A stretch of 64,000 bases of DNA from the NCBI GenBank assembly GCA_035453125.1, contig DAOTCN010000002.1, positions 72,289 to 136,288 of the forward strand, read 5' to 3'. The first letter of the stretch is position 1, and each line of letters starts with the position of its first letter. Under the pieces are notes generated by a model that saw only the letters and a list, made by a program, of their open reading frames with translations, was not told the DNA's origin and made no database searches. Origin of the DNA: Minisyncoccota bacterium. GTDB lineage: Archaea > Nanobdellota > Nanobdellia > Pacearchaeales > GW2011-AR1. Both the position numbers and the translations under genes were made by a program. Shown here one piece after another: positions 7,876-18,021 of this stretch.

Positions 7876-8712
7876 ATGCCAAGAGTAAAAAAAACAGATC
7901 ATAAAAGAGAACCATCAAAAGCAAAGATTGAACTTGTTAAAAAAATAGCTGATGCTATTGATAAAAACCAAACTATAATGTTTGCTTCAATAAAAGGATT
8001 ACCTGCAAGACAATTTCAAAGAATTAAAAAAGATCTTTCAAAGAATACTCAAGTGTTTATATTAAAGAAAAATATGCTTATTAAATCAATTGATTTATCA
8101 AAAAAGAACAATAAGTCATTAAAAGAATATATAAAAGAAGATATTGCTGTCTTAATCTCAAATATTGATGCTTTTGAACTAGCAACATATCTTGCCGAAA
8201 GTAAAGTTCCTGTAAAGGCTAAAATTGGGCAAATTTCTGATAAAGAAATTAATGTTGAACCAGGACCAACAGAACTTGTTGCAGGTCCAGTAGTTAGTGA
8301 ACTAGGATCATTAGGAATAAAAATTGAAATTAAAGGGGGGAAAATTGAAATTAAAGAAGCAAAAACAATTGTAAAAGTAGGGCAAGCAATAAGCGAAGGT
8401 GCTTGTGGGATTATGAGTAAACTTAACATTATGCCTTTTTCAGTTGGTTTTATACCTTTAGTAGCTTATGACTCAAAATCAAATAATATTTATACTTCAC
8501 TTGTAATAGACAAAAAAGGAACATTAAAAGAATTAAAAGAAATTTATTCTAAAGCTCTTGGACTTGCAGTTTCAAGAGAATATATATGTAAAGAAAGCTT
8601 AAAGTATATTTTATTAAAAGCAATAAGTCATGAAAAAGCTTTAGAAAATAAAGTTGGAATAAACTCAAAAATTAACGAACAAGATAATGCTCTAAATACG
8701 GAGAAAAATTAA
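7876..8712 (+). CDS. rpl10: 50S ribosomal protein uL10 (P0)
   Basis: GPTELVAGPVVSELG, GKIEI motifs; follows uL1. Confidence 0.95.
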   Translation: MPRVKKTDHKREPSKAKIELVKKIADAIDKNQTIMFASIKGLPARQFQRIKKDLSKNTQVFILKKNMLIKSIDLSKKNNKSLKEYIKEDIAVLISNIDAFELATYLAESKVPVKAKIGQISDKEINVEPGPTELVAGPVVSELGSLGIKIEIKGGKIEIKEAKTIVKVGQAISEGACGIMSKLNIMPFSVGFIPLVAYDSKSNNIYTSLVIDKKGTLKELKEIYSKALGLAVSREYICKESLKYILLKAISHEKALENKVGINSKINEQDNALNTEKN

Positions 8713-8717
8713 ATAAA

Positions 8718-9011
<294 letters not shown>

Positions 9012-9131
9012 TTTTTTATTTTTATTTTTTTAATAAAAATAGACAAACCTTTAGGTACTTGTAGTATCATCGCCGTTCATTTAGAGAAAACTATAATTTT
9101 AACTGATATTAATCTGTAATAAAAATAAAAG

Positions 9132-9139
9132 TTTATAAT
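9132..9139 (+). promoter_or_regulatory. TATA box (TTTATAAT) for a leaderless LAGLIDADG transcript
   Basis: Ends about 21 nt before the ATG at 9160, preceded by a purine-rich BRE-like run. Confidence 0.55.
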
Positions 9140-9159
9140 CTAAGACTGTTTTATAGATT

Positions 9160-9765
9160 ATGCAAAAAGGTGAAAAATTTGCTTTATTTCTTGGAATGTT
9201 AAGTGGAGATGGATGTCTAACTATTGTTCATAATGGAGAGGGTTATAGGGATTATCCAATAAAATTTTGTAATACTAATAAACAACTTGTTTATAAATTT
9301 CAAAGTTTATTATTTGATGTATTTGGTCTTAAAAGTAAAATTTTAGTTGATAAAAGAGTTAATAAGAAAGATTTATGGTATATTTCAAAATGTTCAAAGG
9401 AAAATTATCTAAAAATTAAAGAAGTTGGCTTTCCCGAAGGAGTTAAGAGAGATGTTCTAATAATTCCAGAAATAATCAAAAATGGAACAGATAAAGAAAA
9501 ATTAGCATTTATCCTTGGATTTCTAATAACTGATGGTTGTTTAAGAAAAAATAATTCTATCTTATTTCACTCGGGAAGCAAAGTATTTTTAGAAGAGTTG
9601 TCTATGCTAATTAGTGAGTTTACTAACACTCAAAAAACAATAAAAGAGTATACTCAAAGAGAGAAATATAAATCATATCAGTTAAATTTAAATAAAGAAG
9701 AAACAAAGATTTTATTATCTGGTATGCCGACGTGGGACAATGGTACTCCACTTGCCTTGAGCTAG
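9160..9765 (+). CDS. Free-standing double-motif LAGLIDADG endonuclease-family protein overlapping tRNA-Ser
   Basis: Motifs FLGMLSGDGCL and FILGFLITDGCL; no intein splicing motifs. The last 13 codons (MPTWDNGTPLALS) and the stop span the tRNA 5' exon and intron start. Confidence 0.88.
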   Translation: MQKGEKFALFLGMLSGDGCLTIVHNGEGYRDYPIKFCNTNKQLVYKFQSLLFDVFGLKSKILVDKRVNKKDLWYISKCSKENYLKIKEVGFPEGVKRDVLIIPEIIKNGTDKEKLAFILGFLITDGCLRKNNSILFHSGSKVFLEELSMLISEFTNTQKTIKEYTQREKYKSYQLNLNKEETKILLSGMPTWDNGTPLALS

Positions 9766-9830
9766 TATTAAAATAGTAAAAGATAGCAAGCTTCCTTCGG
9801 GATATCCCGGTTCGATTCCGGGCGTCGGCG
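9726..9830 (+). tRNA. tRNA-Ser(UGA) with a 23-nt intron at 37/38 (9762-9784)
   Basis: Acceptor GCCGACG/CGTCGGC, discriminator G, anticodon stem CTTGC/GCAAG, anticodon TGA at 9758-9760, long variable arm TCC-TTCG-GGA, T arm CCCGG-TTCGATT-CCGGG; T-run follows. Confidence 0.93.
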
Positions 9831-9921
9831 TTTTTTATTAATAAAACTTTTAATAAAATTATTTTTCAAAAAGATTTTTATATAGTGATTTAGTATTTAT
9901 TATAGTTATTAAAAGAGAAAA

Positions 9922-11628
9922 ATGGAAATATTTAATTCTTTATTATCAAATATACCTAATAATTTTTTAGTTCTGTTTCAAATAGGTATTATGATAATTC
10001 TTGCAGGAATATTTGCTTTTGTTTTTAAAATTTTAAAACAACCTAAAATACCTGCTTATATTATTGCAGGAATATTACTTGGACCCCTTGTTTTTGGAAT
10101 AATCAAAGATAATGAAGTTATAAGATCTTTATCTGAAATCGGTGTTGCTTTTTTACTTTTTTTTGTTGGACTTGAAATTGATCTAAGTAACTTAAAAAGA
10201 GTTGGAAAAGTTGCTTCATTTACTGGAATTATTGAAGTGATTTTAGTGTCAATTGTTTCTGTTGTTATATCTTTATTAATGGGATTTGAAAATATAGAAT
10301 TAGTCTACATTTCCGGAGTAATTGCATTTAGTAGTACTATGATTGTAATCAAGTTACTTGCTGATAAAGAAGAAATAAACACTCTTCACGGAAGAATTAT
10401 TGTAGGTATTTTATTAATACAAGACATAATTGCAATAATAATACTTACTGTTTTAACAACCAATCTAAGCTTAAGCACTTTATTTTTTTCTTTAGGTAAA
10501 GGCATATTGTTTATCATACTTGGAATTTTGATTGGAAGAATGTCTCATCCAATACTAAAAGAATCTGCAAAATCAAATGAACTTCTTTTGCTTGTACCTC
10601 TTGCTTTTTTATTTATTTATTCAATTAGCGCTTATCTTTTTGGTCTTTCAGTAGTTGTTGGTGCTTTCTTTGCAGGAGTTGTATTAGCGAATTCTCCTTT
10701 TAAAATAGACATTAAAGGGAGAATATATCCTTTAAGAGACTTTTTTGGAGCTATTTTATTTGTTTCATTAGGAATACAGTTATTATGGATACCAAAAGAA
10801 TACTTAGGTTTATTCATAATTCTTATGGCTATTACTTTAATAATAAAACCAATTATAATATTCTTAACTGTTAGATTATTAGGATATACTAATAGAACTG
10901 CTTTTTTAACTGGAAATTCTTTAGGACAAGCAAGCGAATTTGCGTTAATAATTCTAACACAAGGTTTAGCAATGAATCACATAAGTTCTAATATTTTTAG
11001 TGTTCTAGTTTTTGTAACTATAATAAGTATGTCTGTTACAAGTTATACAATAAAACATGAACAAAAAATTTACAAAATTTTCTCTTACCCTGCTAAATTA
11101 TTTGAACATCTTCCAAATAAAAAGGAACAGTTAAACTATCAAAGTGAAAGTAAAGGTGGAGTGATTATTCTTGGGTGTCATAGAATGGGTACTCTTTTAT
11201 TACAAAAATTTTCTAGTATGAAAGAAGATGTTCTGGTAATTGACTTTAACCCTGATATAATTAAGTCATTAATGAAAAAGAAAGTACCTTGTTTATATGG
11301 TGATTACGCAAATCCTGAGATAATGAGTAAAATAATAAAAATAAATCCTAAAATGTTAATAAGTACAATTCCAGATAAAGAAGATAATATCAATTTGATA
11401 AGAAAGTTAAAAAAACTGAATAAAAATATATCAATAATTGTTGTTGCAGAAAGAATTCATGAAGCATTAGAATTATATAAAGAAGGAGCAGATTATGTTA
11501 TACTCCCAAAAGTTATAAGTGGTGTTTATATAGATGACTTAATAGAAAAGATAACTAAAGACAAAAAAAATTTAAAGAAAAATCAGATTGATTTCTTAAA
11601 TAAAATACACTATTATTTATATAAATAA
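9922..11628 (+). CDS. CPA2/Kef-type cation:proton antiporter with C-terminal TrkA-N (RCK) domain
   Basis: Many TM helices, GVAFLLFFVGLE, FSSTMIVIKLL, LGQASEFA; C-terminal ILGCHRMG...GDYAN. Confidence 0.92.
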   Translation: MEIFNSLLSNIPNNFLVLFQIGIMIILAGIFAFVFKILKQPKIPAYIIAGILLGPLVFGIIKDNEVIRSLSEIGVAFLLFFVGLEIDLSNLKRVGKVASFTGIIEVILVSIVSVVISLLMGFENIELVYISGVIAFSSTMIVIKLLADKEEINTLHGRIIVGILLIQDIIAIIILTVLTTNLSLSTLFFSLGKGILFIILGILIGRMSHPILKESAKSNELLLLVPLAFLFIYSISAYLFGLSVVVGAFFAGVVLANSPFKIDIKGRIYPLRDFFGAILFVSLGIQLLWIPKEYLGLFIILMAITLIIKPIIIFLTVRLLGYTNRTAFLTGNSLGQASEFALIILTQGLAMNHISSNIFSVLVFVTIISMSVTSYTIKHEQKIYKIFSYPAKLFEHLPNKKEQLNYQSESKGGVIILGCHRMGTLLLQKFSSMKEDVLVIDFNPDIIKSLMKKKVPCLYGDYANPEIMSKIIKINPKMLISTIPDKEDNINLIRKLKKLNKNISIIVVAERIHEALELYKEGADYVILPKVISGVYIDDLIEKITKDKKNLKKNQIDFLNKIHYYLYK

Positions 11629-11630
11629 AC

Positions 11631-13103
11631 TTATTTTATTGTAAATATCTTGTTTTTATTATAAAAATCTAAAGCATCCTCCAGTCTTCTTTTTGATTGA
11701 GAATATATAGTAATTAATGGTTCTCCAATTTTTACTTTTTCAGAATTATGTTTAAATAGGAAAAGTCCTGCTTTTTTATCTAAAGGTGAACCAGCAACTC
11801 TTGCCAAGAAATTTATTTTTTTATTGTCTATTGAAATAACTTTACCTGATTTTTCAGATTTAATCTCTTTGTTAAATTTAGCTAAACTTAAATTATCTAA
11901 ACTACCTTTTTGTGCTTCAACTATTTTTCTAAATCTTTCAAAGGCTTGTCCTGATTCTAATGCTTTAATTGCTAAAGTTTCCCCTTTGCCTTTCTTTGTT
12001 TTACCACATAACTCAAATATTTGTCCTGATAAAAAAACTGCTTTTTTTCTTAAGTCTTGTGGAGCATTTTTCTCACATTTTAAAACAGAGATTATATCTT
12101 TTATTTCAAGAATAGGACCAACACCATTGCCTATTGGTTGATCACCTTTTGTTATTACTCCTTTAAGTTTAAGATTAAACTTTTTTCCAAGATTCTCAAA
12201 TTTATTTTTTAATTCAATAGCCTCTTTCTTGTTTACCTTAGCAAATTTACCATAAGGAATATCAATTAATACATATTTACTACCTGCAGATATTTTTTTA
12301 GCAAGAATTGAGGCTAACAAATTTGGTTCGGGGTCTATATGTATTTGATTTTCAACACGAATTATTTTATCATCAGCTGGAGCAAAACCAAGAGAACCGC
12401 CCCAAACAAGACAAGCGTTTGTTTTTTTAATAATGCTCTCGATTTCCCTAATACTAAAGTTAACTTTACAAACTGCTTCCATAACATCTGCTGTTCCTGC
12501 AGCACTTGTTATTGCTCTTGACGATGTTTTTGGAAAAATTAAACCTTGGGAAGCACAAATTGAAACAACAAGAGGAGTAGTCCTATTACCTGCAATTCCT
12601 CCTATTGAATGTTTATCAACTATATATTTGCCTTTAAGTTTAAGTCTTTTGCCTGTTTCAACCATTGATTTAGTTAAATAAGTAACTTCATCTAAAGTCA
12701 TACCACATTTGTAAACTGCGGATATAAAAAATGCAATTTCTATTTCAGTTAATGCATTATCTACAATTGAGCTTACAATATTTTTAATCTCTTTTTCAGA
12801 TAAAGGTTTACATAATAATTTTTTGTTAATTATGTTAACTACGCCTGGCTTTTTTGCTAAATCAACGTTCACTATTTCACTATTTTTTAAATTAAGTTGA
12901 CTTAAAACCTCTACTGACAAAATAATTTCTCTATCTTTAACCATCTTAGAAGAAATATCTATAACTGCAATGGTTTTTTTTGAGTTATGTGTAATTAAAA
13001 TACGATCATTAACATTTGCAGACATTCTTAAAGCTGTTTTGTCATTAAGAATTGCAATAGGTCTTCCTGCTTTCCAATTACTAAATTTAACTTTTAATTT
13101 CAT
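11631..13103 (-). CDS. AMP phosphorylase (thymidine/pyrimidine-nucleoside phosphorylase family, archaeal type)
   Basis: DKHSIGGIAGNRTT, PKTSSRAITSAAGTAD, GDQPIGNGVGP; N-terminal extra domain; SD GAGGT upstream. Confidence 0.92.
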   Translation of the reverse strand: MKLKVKFSNWKAGRPIAILNDKTALRMSANVNDRILITHNSKKTIAVIDISSKMVKDREIILSVEVLSQLNLKNSEIVNVDLAKKPGVVNIINKKLLCKPLSEKEIKNIVSSIVDNALTEIEIAFFISAVYKCGMTLDEVTYLTKSMVETGKRLKLKGKYIVDKHSIGGIAGNRTTPLVVSICASQGLIFPKTSSRAITSAAGTADVMEAVCKVNFSIREIESIIKKTNACLVWGGSLGFAPADDKIIRVENQIHIDPEPNLLASILAKKISAGSKYVLIDIPYGKFAKVNKKEAIELKNKFENLGKKFNLKLKGVITKGDQPIGNGVGPILEIKDIISVLKCEKNAPQDLRKKAVFLSGQIFELCGKTKKGKGETLAIKALESGQAFERFRKIVEAQKGSLDNLSLAKFNKEIKSEKSGKVISIDNKKINFLARVAGSPLDKKAGLFLFKHNSEKVKIGEPLITIYSQSKRRLEDALDFYNKNKIFTIK

Positions 13104-13270
13104 AAAACCTCTTTAATTTGAAAATACTTTATTTTTTCTTTAGTAAGATTACTACCTTTAAATAGTTTAACTGTAATAGGAAAGGCTTATATTTATTTAA
13201 ATTACACTGTGTGTTTTTTATACAATTTTATTAAATTATAGATAATTTGTTAATTGTTTTTAATTTACTT

Positions 13271-14293
13271 TCATTCTTTTTTCATATTTTTTTCTTTATA
13301 AATTTCAAATAAAATAATAAGATATGCAATTATGAGAGGTCCAAGTATTATTCCAAAGATACCAAATGCAAGAATTCCCCCAATTATTCCAATTAATGTT
13401 AAAGAATTAGGTATATCTGATTGTTTTGATACATAAAAAGGATGAGCTAAATTTTCAAATAAAGTAACTACAACAAGTGAATAAATTGTAAGAAAAAGAG
13501 CCTGTGTTGTCTGACCTGTCATAAAAAATCCAAAAACAACTGGGCCCCAAACAATCCATGGTCCAATCATTGGTAAGATACTTGTTATCATTGCAAGATA
13601 CATTAATAATAAAGAGTTTGGTGCTCCAACAAGATAAAAACCGACTCCTGAAAGTGCACCAGTTATAATCCCAATAATAACTCTTCCAAAAACAACTGAA
13701 AAAGTTACTTTCTGAGATTTATTTATGAATCTTGTCGTTGTAGTTTTATCAAAAGGTAATGAATCTTTAATAAGATTTATTATTTTATCTCCATCTCTTA
13801 ATCCATAAAAGAATACAAGTAAAACAATCAAAAACTCCAATATTAATGTTGGAAAATTCATTATTACTCTATTTAGATTATTCATTAAAGAAGTTGTACT
13901 GCTTGATAAAAAAGTTGTGTACATTGCATGAAGATTTGATGCTACTTGCTCGTTAGTAAATAATGCAGGAAAAATATTTTTTAAAGTTCCAACAATATTA
14001 AAATTTTGTAATTGAACATATGTATCAAATATCTGATTGATAAGTATTGGTATTGAAAACCAAATAAATAAACTTACTAAAATTAAAATAAATAAACATG
14101 AGATAAATGCGGAAATTGTTTCATTCTTTATTTTAGATAAAATTAACCTATAAAATGGATAAAAAATATATGAAAGAATAAGGCCTAAAACAATTGATAA
14201 AAATATGGGCTTAATGATTAGAACTGTAAAAAATAATAGAGTAACAACTAAAACTCCAGATATAATATATTTTAAAGTATTTTCATTATTCAC
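13271..14293 (-). CDS. AI-2E/PerM family membrane transporter
   Basis: Multi-TM; ILPMIGPWIVW, GILAFGIFGIILGPLI. Probable GTG start at 14293; the track start at 14413 overlaps the divergent gene. Confidence 0.85.
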   Translation of the reverse strand: MNNENTLKYIISGVLVVTLLFFTVLIIKPIFLSIVLGLILSYIFYPFYRLILSKIKNETISAFISCLFILILVSLFIWFSIPILINQIFDTYVQLQNFNIVGTLKNIFPALFTNEQVASNLHAMYTTFLSSSTTSLMNNLNRVIMNFPTLILEFLIVLLVFFYGLRDGDKIINLIKDSLPFDKTTTTRFINKSQKVTFSVVFGRVIIGIITGALSGVGFYLVGAPNSLLLMYLAMITSILPMIGPWIVWGPVVFGFFMTGQTTQALFLTIYSLVVVTLFENLAHPFYVSKQSDIPNSLTLIGIIGGILAFGIFGIILGPLIIAYLIILFEIYKEKNMKKE

Positions 14294-14403
14294 TATTATA
14301 TATATAAAAAAGTGTATATAAACATTGTTAATAAGCTTAGAAATAATAAGAATAAATTCAAAATATTTATAAAGATGGTTTAAAAATATTATAAAGTAAT
14401 AAA

Positions 14404-15123
14404 ATGGACTCATTTATCAAAAAGATTTTTTTAGGTAAAGTCGACGAATTTGTACATCTCCAATTTCAAAAGTTTAGTAAAGGAGAGTTTAGAGAAAAGG
14501 CAATGATTAATGTATCTAAATCAAAAGATAAATATTCTATAAGTACTACTGCTGAATATGCAAACGAAATTGTAAGAAGTCTTGCTGAACGTATGAAAAA
14601 CAATGAAAAAACAAAAGTAAGCGGGGTACTTATTTCAACAAGAAATTTAAAAGAAGTACCTGAATTTAATCAACTTCTTGCACATGTTGAAGTTAAACAG
14701 TTTATGGGTATTAAACAATTTAAGATAAATTGTGATATGACTAAAGAAGAAATACTAAGAATATGTAACCTTTTACCTACCTCTTTTTTAGCACTTTCTT
14801 TCTCAGTTAATGATATTGAACTTAAAATAAAACCAAAAGCACCAAAATCAGCAAAACCGAGCACAAGCGATAAGGGTCCAACTGTTGATTTTTGCAAAAT
14901 TAAAACAAAGGATAAATCTATAGTTAAAGAATTAGTTTTTGATGTCGAAGAATTTAAGAGTGTTAAAATAAAGCATACTTATTTAATTAATGAAATAATA
15001 TTGCCAAAAAATCAGACAGATCCTGCAAAAATAAGAGAAATGGCAATAAGAAAAGGAAGAATTATAAGAGATTTAGATGTTGATGGTACTAATCATAAAA
15101 AAGAGGCTTTCTTTGAAGCATAA
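14404..15123 (+). CDS. Hypothetical protein upstream of rpl3
   Basis: 239-aa ORF with normal composition; no motif recognised. Confidence 0.7.
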   Translation: MDSFIKKIFLGKVDEFVHLQFQKFSKGEFREKAMINVSKSKDKYSISTTAEYANEIVRSLAERMKNNEKTKVSGVLISTRNLKEVPEFNQLLAHVEVKQFMGIKQFKINCDMTKEEILRICNLLPTSFLALSFSVNDIELKIKPKAPKSAKPSTSDKGPTVDFCKIKTKDKSIVKELVFDVEEFKSVKIKHTYLINEIILPKNQTDPAKIREMAIRKGRIIRDLDVDGTNHKKEAFFEA

Positions 15124-15276
15124 ATTTATAAATGCACTTTTTCTGAATAAACTATTAATAAAAACTTTAAAATAAAAATTAAGGTTTTATTCAAGTTGAA
15201 ACCAACAGTTTAGGCTGTAAGGTCAATTTTCACCTTAAAAAATGGTAAGACTTGTTAAACAAAAATTAGATAAAAT

Positions 15277-16239
15277 ATGGCAAAATTATCAAGGCCAAGA
15301 AGAGGAAGTCTTCAATACTGGCCAAGAAAGAGAGCTAGAAAGATTCTTCCTAGTGCAAACTGGAATTTAATTTCTTCAAAAAACAATAAAAATCTTCTAG
15401 GTTTCATTGGATATAAGGTTGGTATGAAATCTGCATTTGCTAAAGATTTAACAAATGATTCTATGACAAAAAATCAAAGAATTTCATTTCCAGTTACTAT
15501 AGTTGAATGTCCTTCAATGAAAATATTTTCTGTTAGATTCTATAAAAATAATAAAGTGATTAATGAGGTTATAAATTCAAATATTGAAAAAGAATTAAAA
15601 AGAGCTGTTAAACTTCCAAAAAAACAAATTAATTATTCTGAAAAAATTGATCAAATAAAAGATTATGATAACATAAGACTATTACTATACTCAAATGTTA
15701 AAAAAACAGGATTAAAGAAAAAACCAGATGTAGCTGAAATTGGAATTGGAGGAAATATTAATGAACAATTGTCATTTATTAAAGAAAATATGGGGAAAGA
15801 AATAAGAGTTACAGACGTATTTAATAAACTTCAACTTATTGATGTTCATGCAGTTACAAAGGGAAAGGGATTACAAGGAGCTGTTAAAAGATTTGGTATT
15901 GGATTAAGGTCACATAAAGCAGAAAAGGGAAGAAGAAGAGCAGGTAGTCTTGGTCCTTGGCATCCTGCAAGAGTTACTTACATGGCTCCTCAAGCAGGAC
16001 AACTTGGAATGTTCACAAGGGTTGTTTATAACAACAAAATAGTTGATATTGCTAATATAAATGAAAAAAATATAAATCCCTCAAATGGATTTAAGCAATT
16101 TGGTAATATAAAAACAGATTATTTGGTGATTAAAGGAAGTATTCAAGGACCTGCAAAGAGACAAGTATTAATAACTTCACCAATAAGGAAAACAAAAAAT
16201 AGTGATAAAAAAAATTATGAATTGATTGAATTAAGATAA
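15277..16239 (+). CDS. rpl3: 50S ribosomal protein uL3
   Basis: RPRRGSLQYWPRKRA, TKGKGLQGAVKRFG, GSLGPWHP. Confidence 0.97.
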   Translation: MAKLSRPRRGSLQYWPRKRARKILPSANWNLISSKNNKNLLGFIGYKVGMKSAFAKDLTNDSMTKNQRISFPVTIVECPSMKIFSVRFYKNNKVINEVINSNIEKELKRAVKLPKKQINYSEKIDQIKDYDNIRLLLYSNVKKTGLKKKPDVAEIGIGGNINEQLSFIKENMGKEIRVTDVFNKLQLIDVHAVTKGKGLQGAVKRFGIGLRSHKAEKGRRRAGSLGPWHPARVTYMAPQAGQLGMFTRVVYNNKIVDIANINEKNINPSNGFKQFGNIKTDYLVIKGSIQGPAKRQVLITSPIRKTKNSDKKNYELIELR

Positions 16240-16240
16240 A

Positions 16241-17041
16241 ATGAAAGCATCATTAATTAATATTGAAGGAAAAAAAGTAAAAGAAATAGATTTACCTAAA
16301 ATTTTTTCTAATTCAGTGAGGGAAGATATTATTAAAAAAGTCTTTGAAAGTGAAAAAAGAATTCAACCCTATGCTCCTGATTTATTAGCTGGAAGAAAAC
16401 ATTCTGCTTCTGGAAGAATAAGACATATCAGACATAAATGGAGATCTGCTTATGGAAGAGGTATATCTAGAGTGCCAAGAAAAACAATGTGGAGAAGAGG
16501 AACACAGTTTTACTGGATTGGGGCAGAATCTTCTGGAACAAGAAGTGGAAGAAGATCACATCCTCCAAGAGTTGAACACTTCTCAAAAGAAATGAGAATA
16601 AACAAAAAGGAGTATAATATTGCTATATCATCTGTAATTTCTTCAACTTTAAAAAAAGAGTATATTAACAAAAGATATCAAACACTTAATCAAAAAAAGA
16701 TTGAATTAGATTTACCGTTAATTATTGAATCTAATTCAATGAAAGTAAAAACAAAAGAATTCTTAATAGGAATACAGAAAATTTTAGGAGAATTATTTGA
16801 AATAAGTCAAAAGAAAAAAGCAATAAGGGCTGGAAAAGGAAAACAAAGAAATAGAAGATATAAAGAAACTGCAGGATTATTACTTATTATAGGAAATGAA
16901 GAAATAGTTAAACACAATAAGATTGAAATTAAAAGAGTTAAAGATCTTGAAATAAAAGATTTTTGGCCATTGGGAAGAATTATAGTTTATACTGAAAAAT
17001 CGATTGAGGATTTAAAAAAAATGGAGAAAGAAAATGATTAA
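16241..17041 (+). CDS. rpl4: 50S ribosomal protein uL4
   Basis: AYGRGISRVPR, GRRSHPP, RAGKGKQRNRRY. Confidence 0.97.
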   Translation: MKASLINIEGKKVKEIDLPKIFSNSVREDIIKKVFESEKRIQPYAPDLLAGRKHSASGRIRHIRHKWRSAYGRGISRVPRKTMWRRGTQFYWIGAESSGTRSGRRSHPPRVEHFSKEMRINKKEYNIAISSVISSTLKKEYINKRYQTLNQKKIELDLPLIIESNSMKVKTKEFLIGIQKILGELFEISQKKKAIRAGKGKQRNRRYKETAGLLLIIGNEEIVKHNKIEIKRVKDLEIKDFWPLGRIIVYTEKSIEDLKKMEKEND

Positions 17042-17276
17042 AAAACCAAAGACAACTGAAAAAGCAATAAGACTTATTGAAGGAGAAAATACACTTATAT
17101 TTGAAATTGATAAAAAAGATACAAAAGATAAAGTTTCAAATGAAGTTGAAAAAATGTTTAATGTTAAAGTTGATAGAGTTAATATATTAAATGAAGGTGT
17201 TAAAAAAATTGCATATGTTAAATTAAATAAACAAAATGTTGCAATTGATGTTGCAACAAAAATAGGTATGATATAA
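17034..17276 (+). CDS. rpl23: 50S ribosomal protein uL23
   Basis: PKTTEKA, VDRVN, KKIAYVKL, DVATKIGMI. Confidence 0.96.
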   Translation: MIKKPKTTEKAIRLIEGENTLIFEIDKKDTKDKVSNEVEKMFNVKVDRVNILNEGVKKIAYVKLNKQNVAIDVATKIGMI

Positions 17277-17288
17277 TTAATAGACAAA

Positions 17289-18020
17289 ATGGGAAAAACA
17301 ATAATACAACAAGCAAGAGGTCATGGAAGCCTTACTTATAGAGTTAGAAGAAAAGCATTTTTGCATAGAATAAAATATCCTACTACTTCAGAAACTCAAG
17401 GAGAAGGAGTAGTATTAAAATTAATACATTCTGGAGGACATTCAGCACCTATTGCAAAAATAAAAACAGGAAACATCTTTTTTTACAATCTTGCTTCATC
17501 AAAAATGTATGAAGGTCAAAAGATAAAAATAGGTGTTAAAAATAATTTTGAAATGGGAGATATAGTTACACTTGAAAATTTACCTACAAAAACATATGTG
17601 TATAATATAGAATCAAATCCAAATGACGGTGGAAAATTTATTAAGACAGCAGGAAGTTCAGGATTTATAACAAAAAAAGAAGGAGATAAAATATGGATAA
17701 TGATGCCTTCAAAAAAAGAGAAAGTGTTCAATTCAAAATGCAGAGCAAGTATTGGAATTATCGCCGGAAGTGGTAGAAATGAAAAACCAATTGTTAAAGC
17801 AGGAAGAATGTGGTTTATTAAAAAAACAAAGAATAAATTATGGCCTAGAACATCTGCAGTTAAATTTAATGCAATTGATCATCCTTTTGGTTCTGGAAGA
17901 GGAAAGAATTTAACACATGGTAGATTAGGAAAAATACCAAGAAGAAATTCACCTCCAGGAGCTAAAGTTGGATCTTTAAGAGCAAGAAGAACTGGAAAAG
18001 GAAAGGGAGGAATAAAATAA
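17289..18020 (+). CDS. rpl2: 50S ribosomal protein uL2
   Basis: MGKTIIQQARG, WPRTSAVKFNAIDHPFG, PPGAKVGSLRARRTG. Confidence 0.97.
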   Translation: MGKTIIQQARGHGSLTYRVRRKAFLHRIKYPTTSETQGEGVVLKLIHSGGHSAPIAKIKTGNIFFYNLASSKMYEGQKIKIGVKNNFEMGDIVTLENLPTKTYVYNIESNPNDGGKFIKTAGSSGFITKKEGDKIWIMMPSKKEKVFNSKCRASIGIIAGSGRNEKPIVKAGRMWFIKKTKNKLWPRTSAVKFNAIDHPFGSGRGKNLTHGRLGKIPRRNSPPGAKVGSLRARRTGKGKGGIK

Positions 18021-18021
18021 A

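Noticed and set aside
9040-9090. Short GC-richer patch after rpl12 (small hairpins; ATGATA on the minus strand) as a tRNA fragment or C/D sRNA
   Set aside because: No cloverleaf arms and no matching D box; too little evidence.
9160-9765. LAGLIDADG as part of an intein or as an ORF inside a large tRNA/rRNA intron
   Set aside because: No intein splicing residues or host exteins, no upstream tRNA half, and the tRNA is complete downstream with its own small intron.
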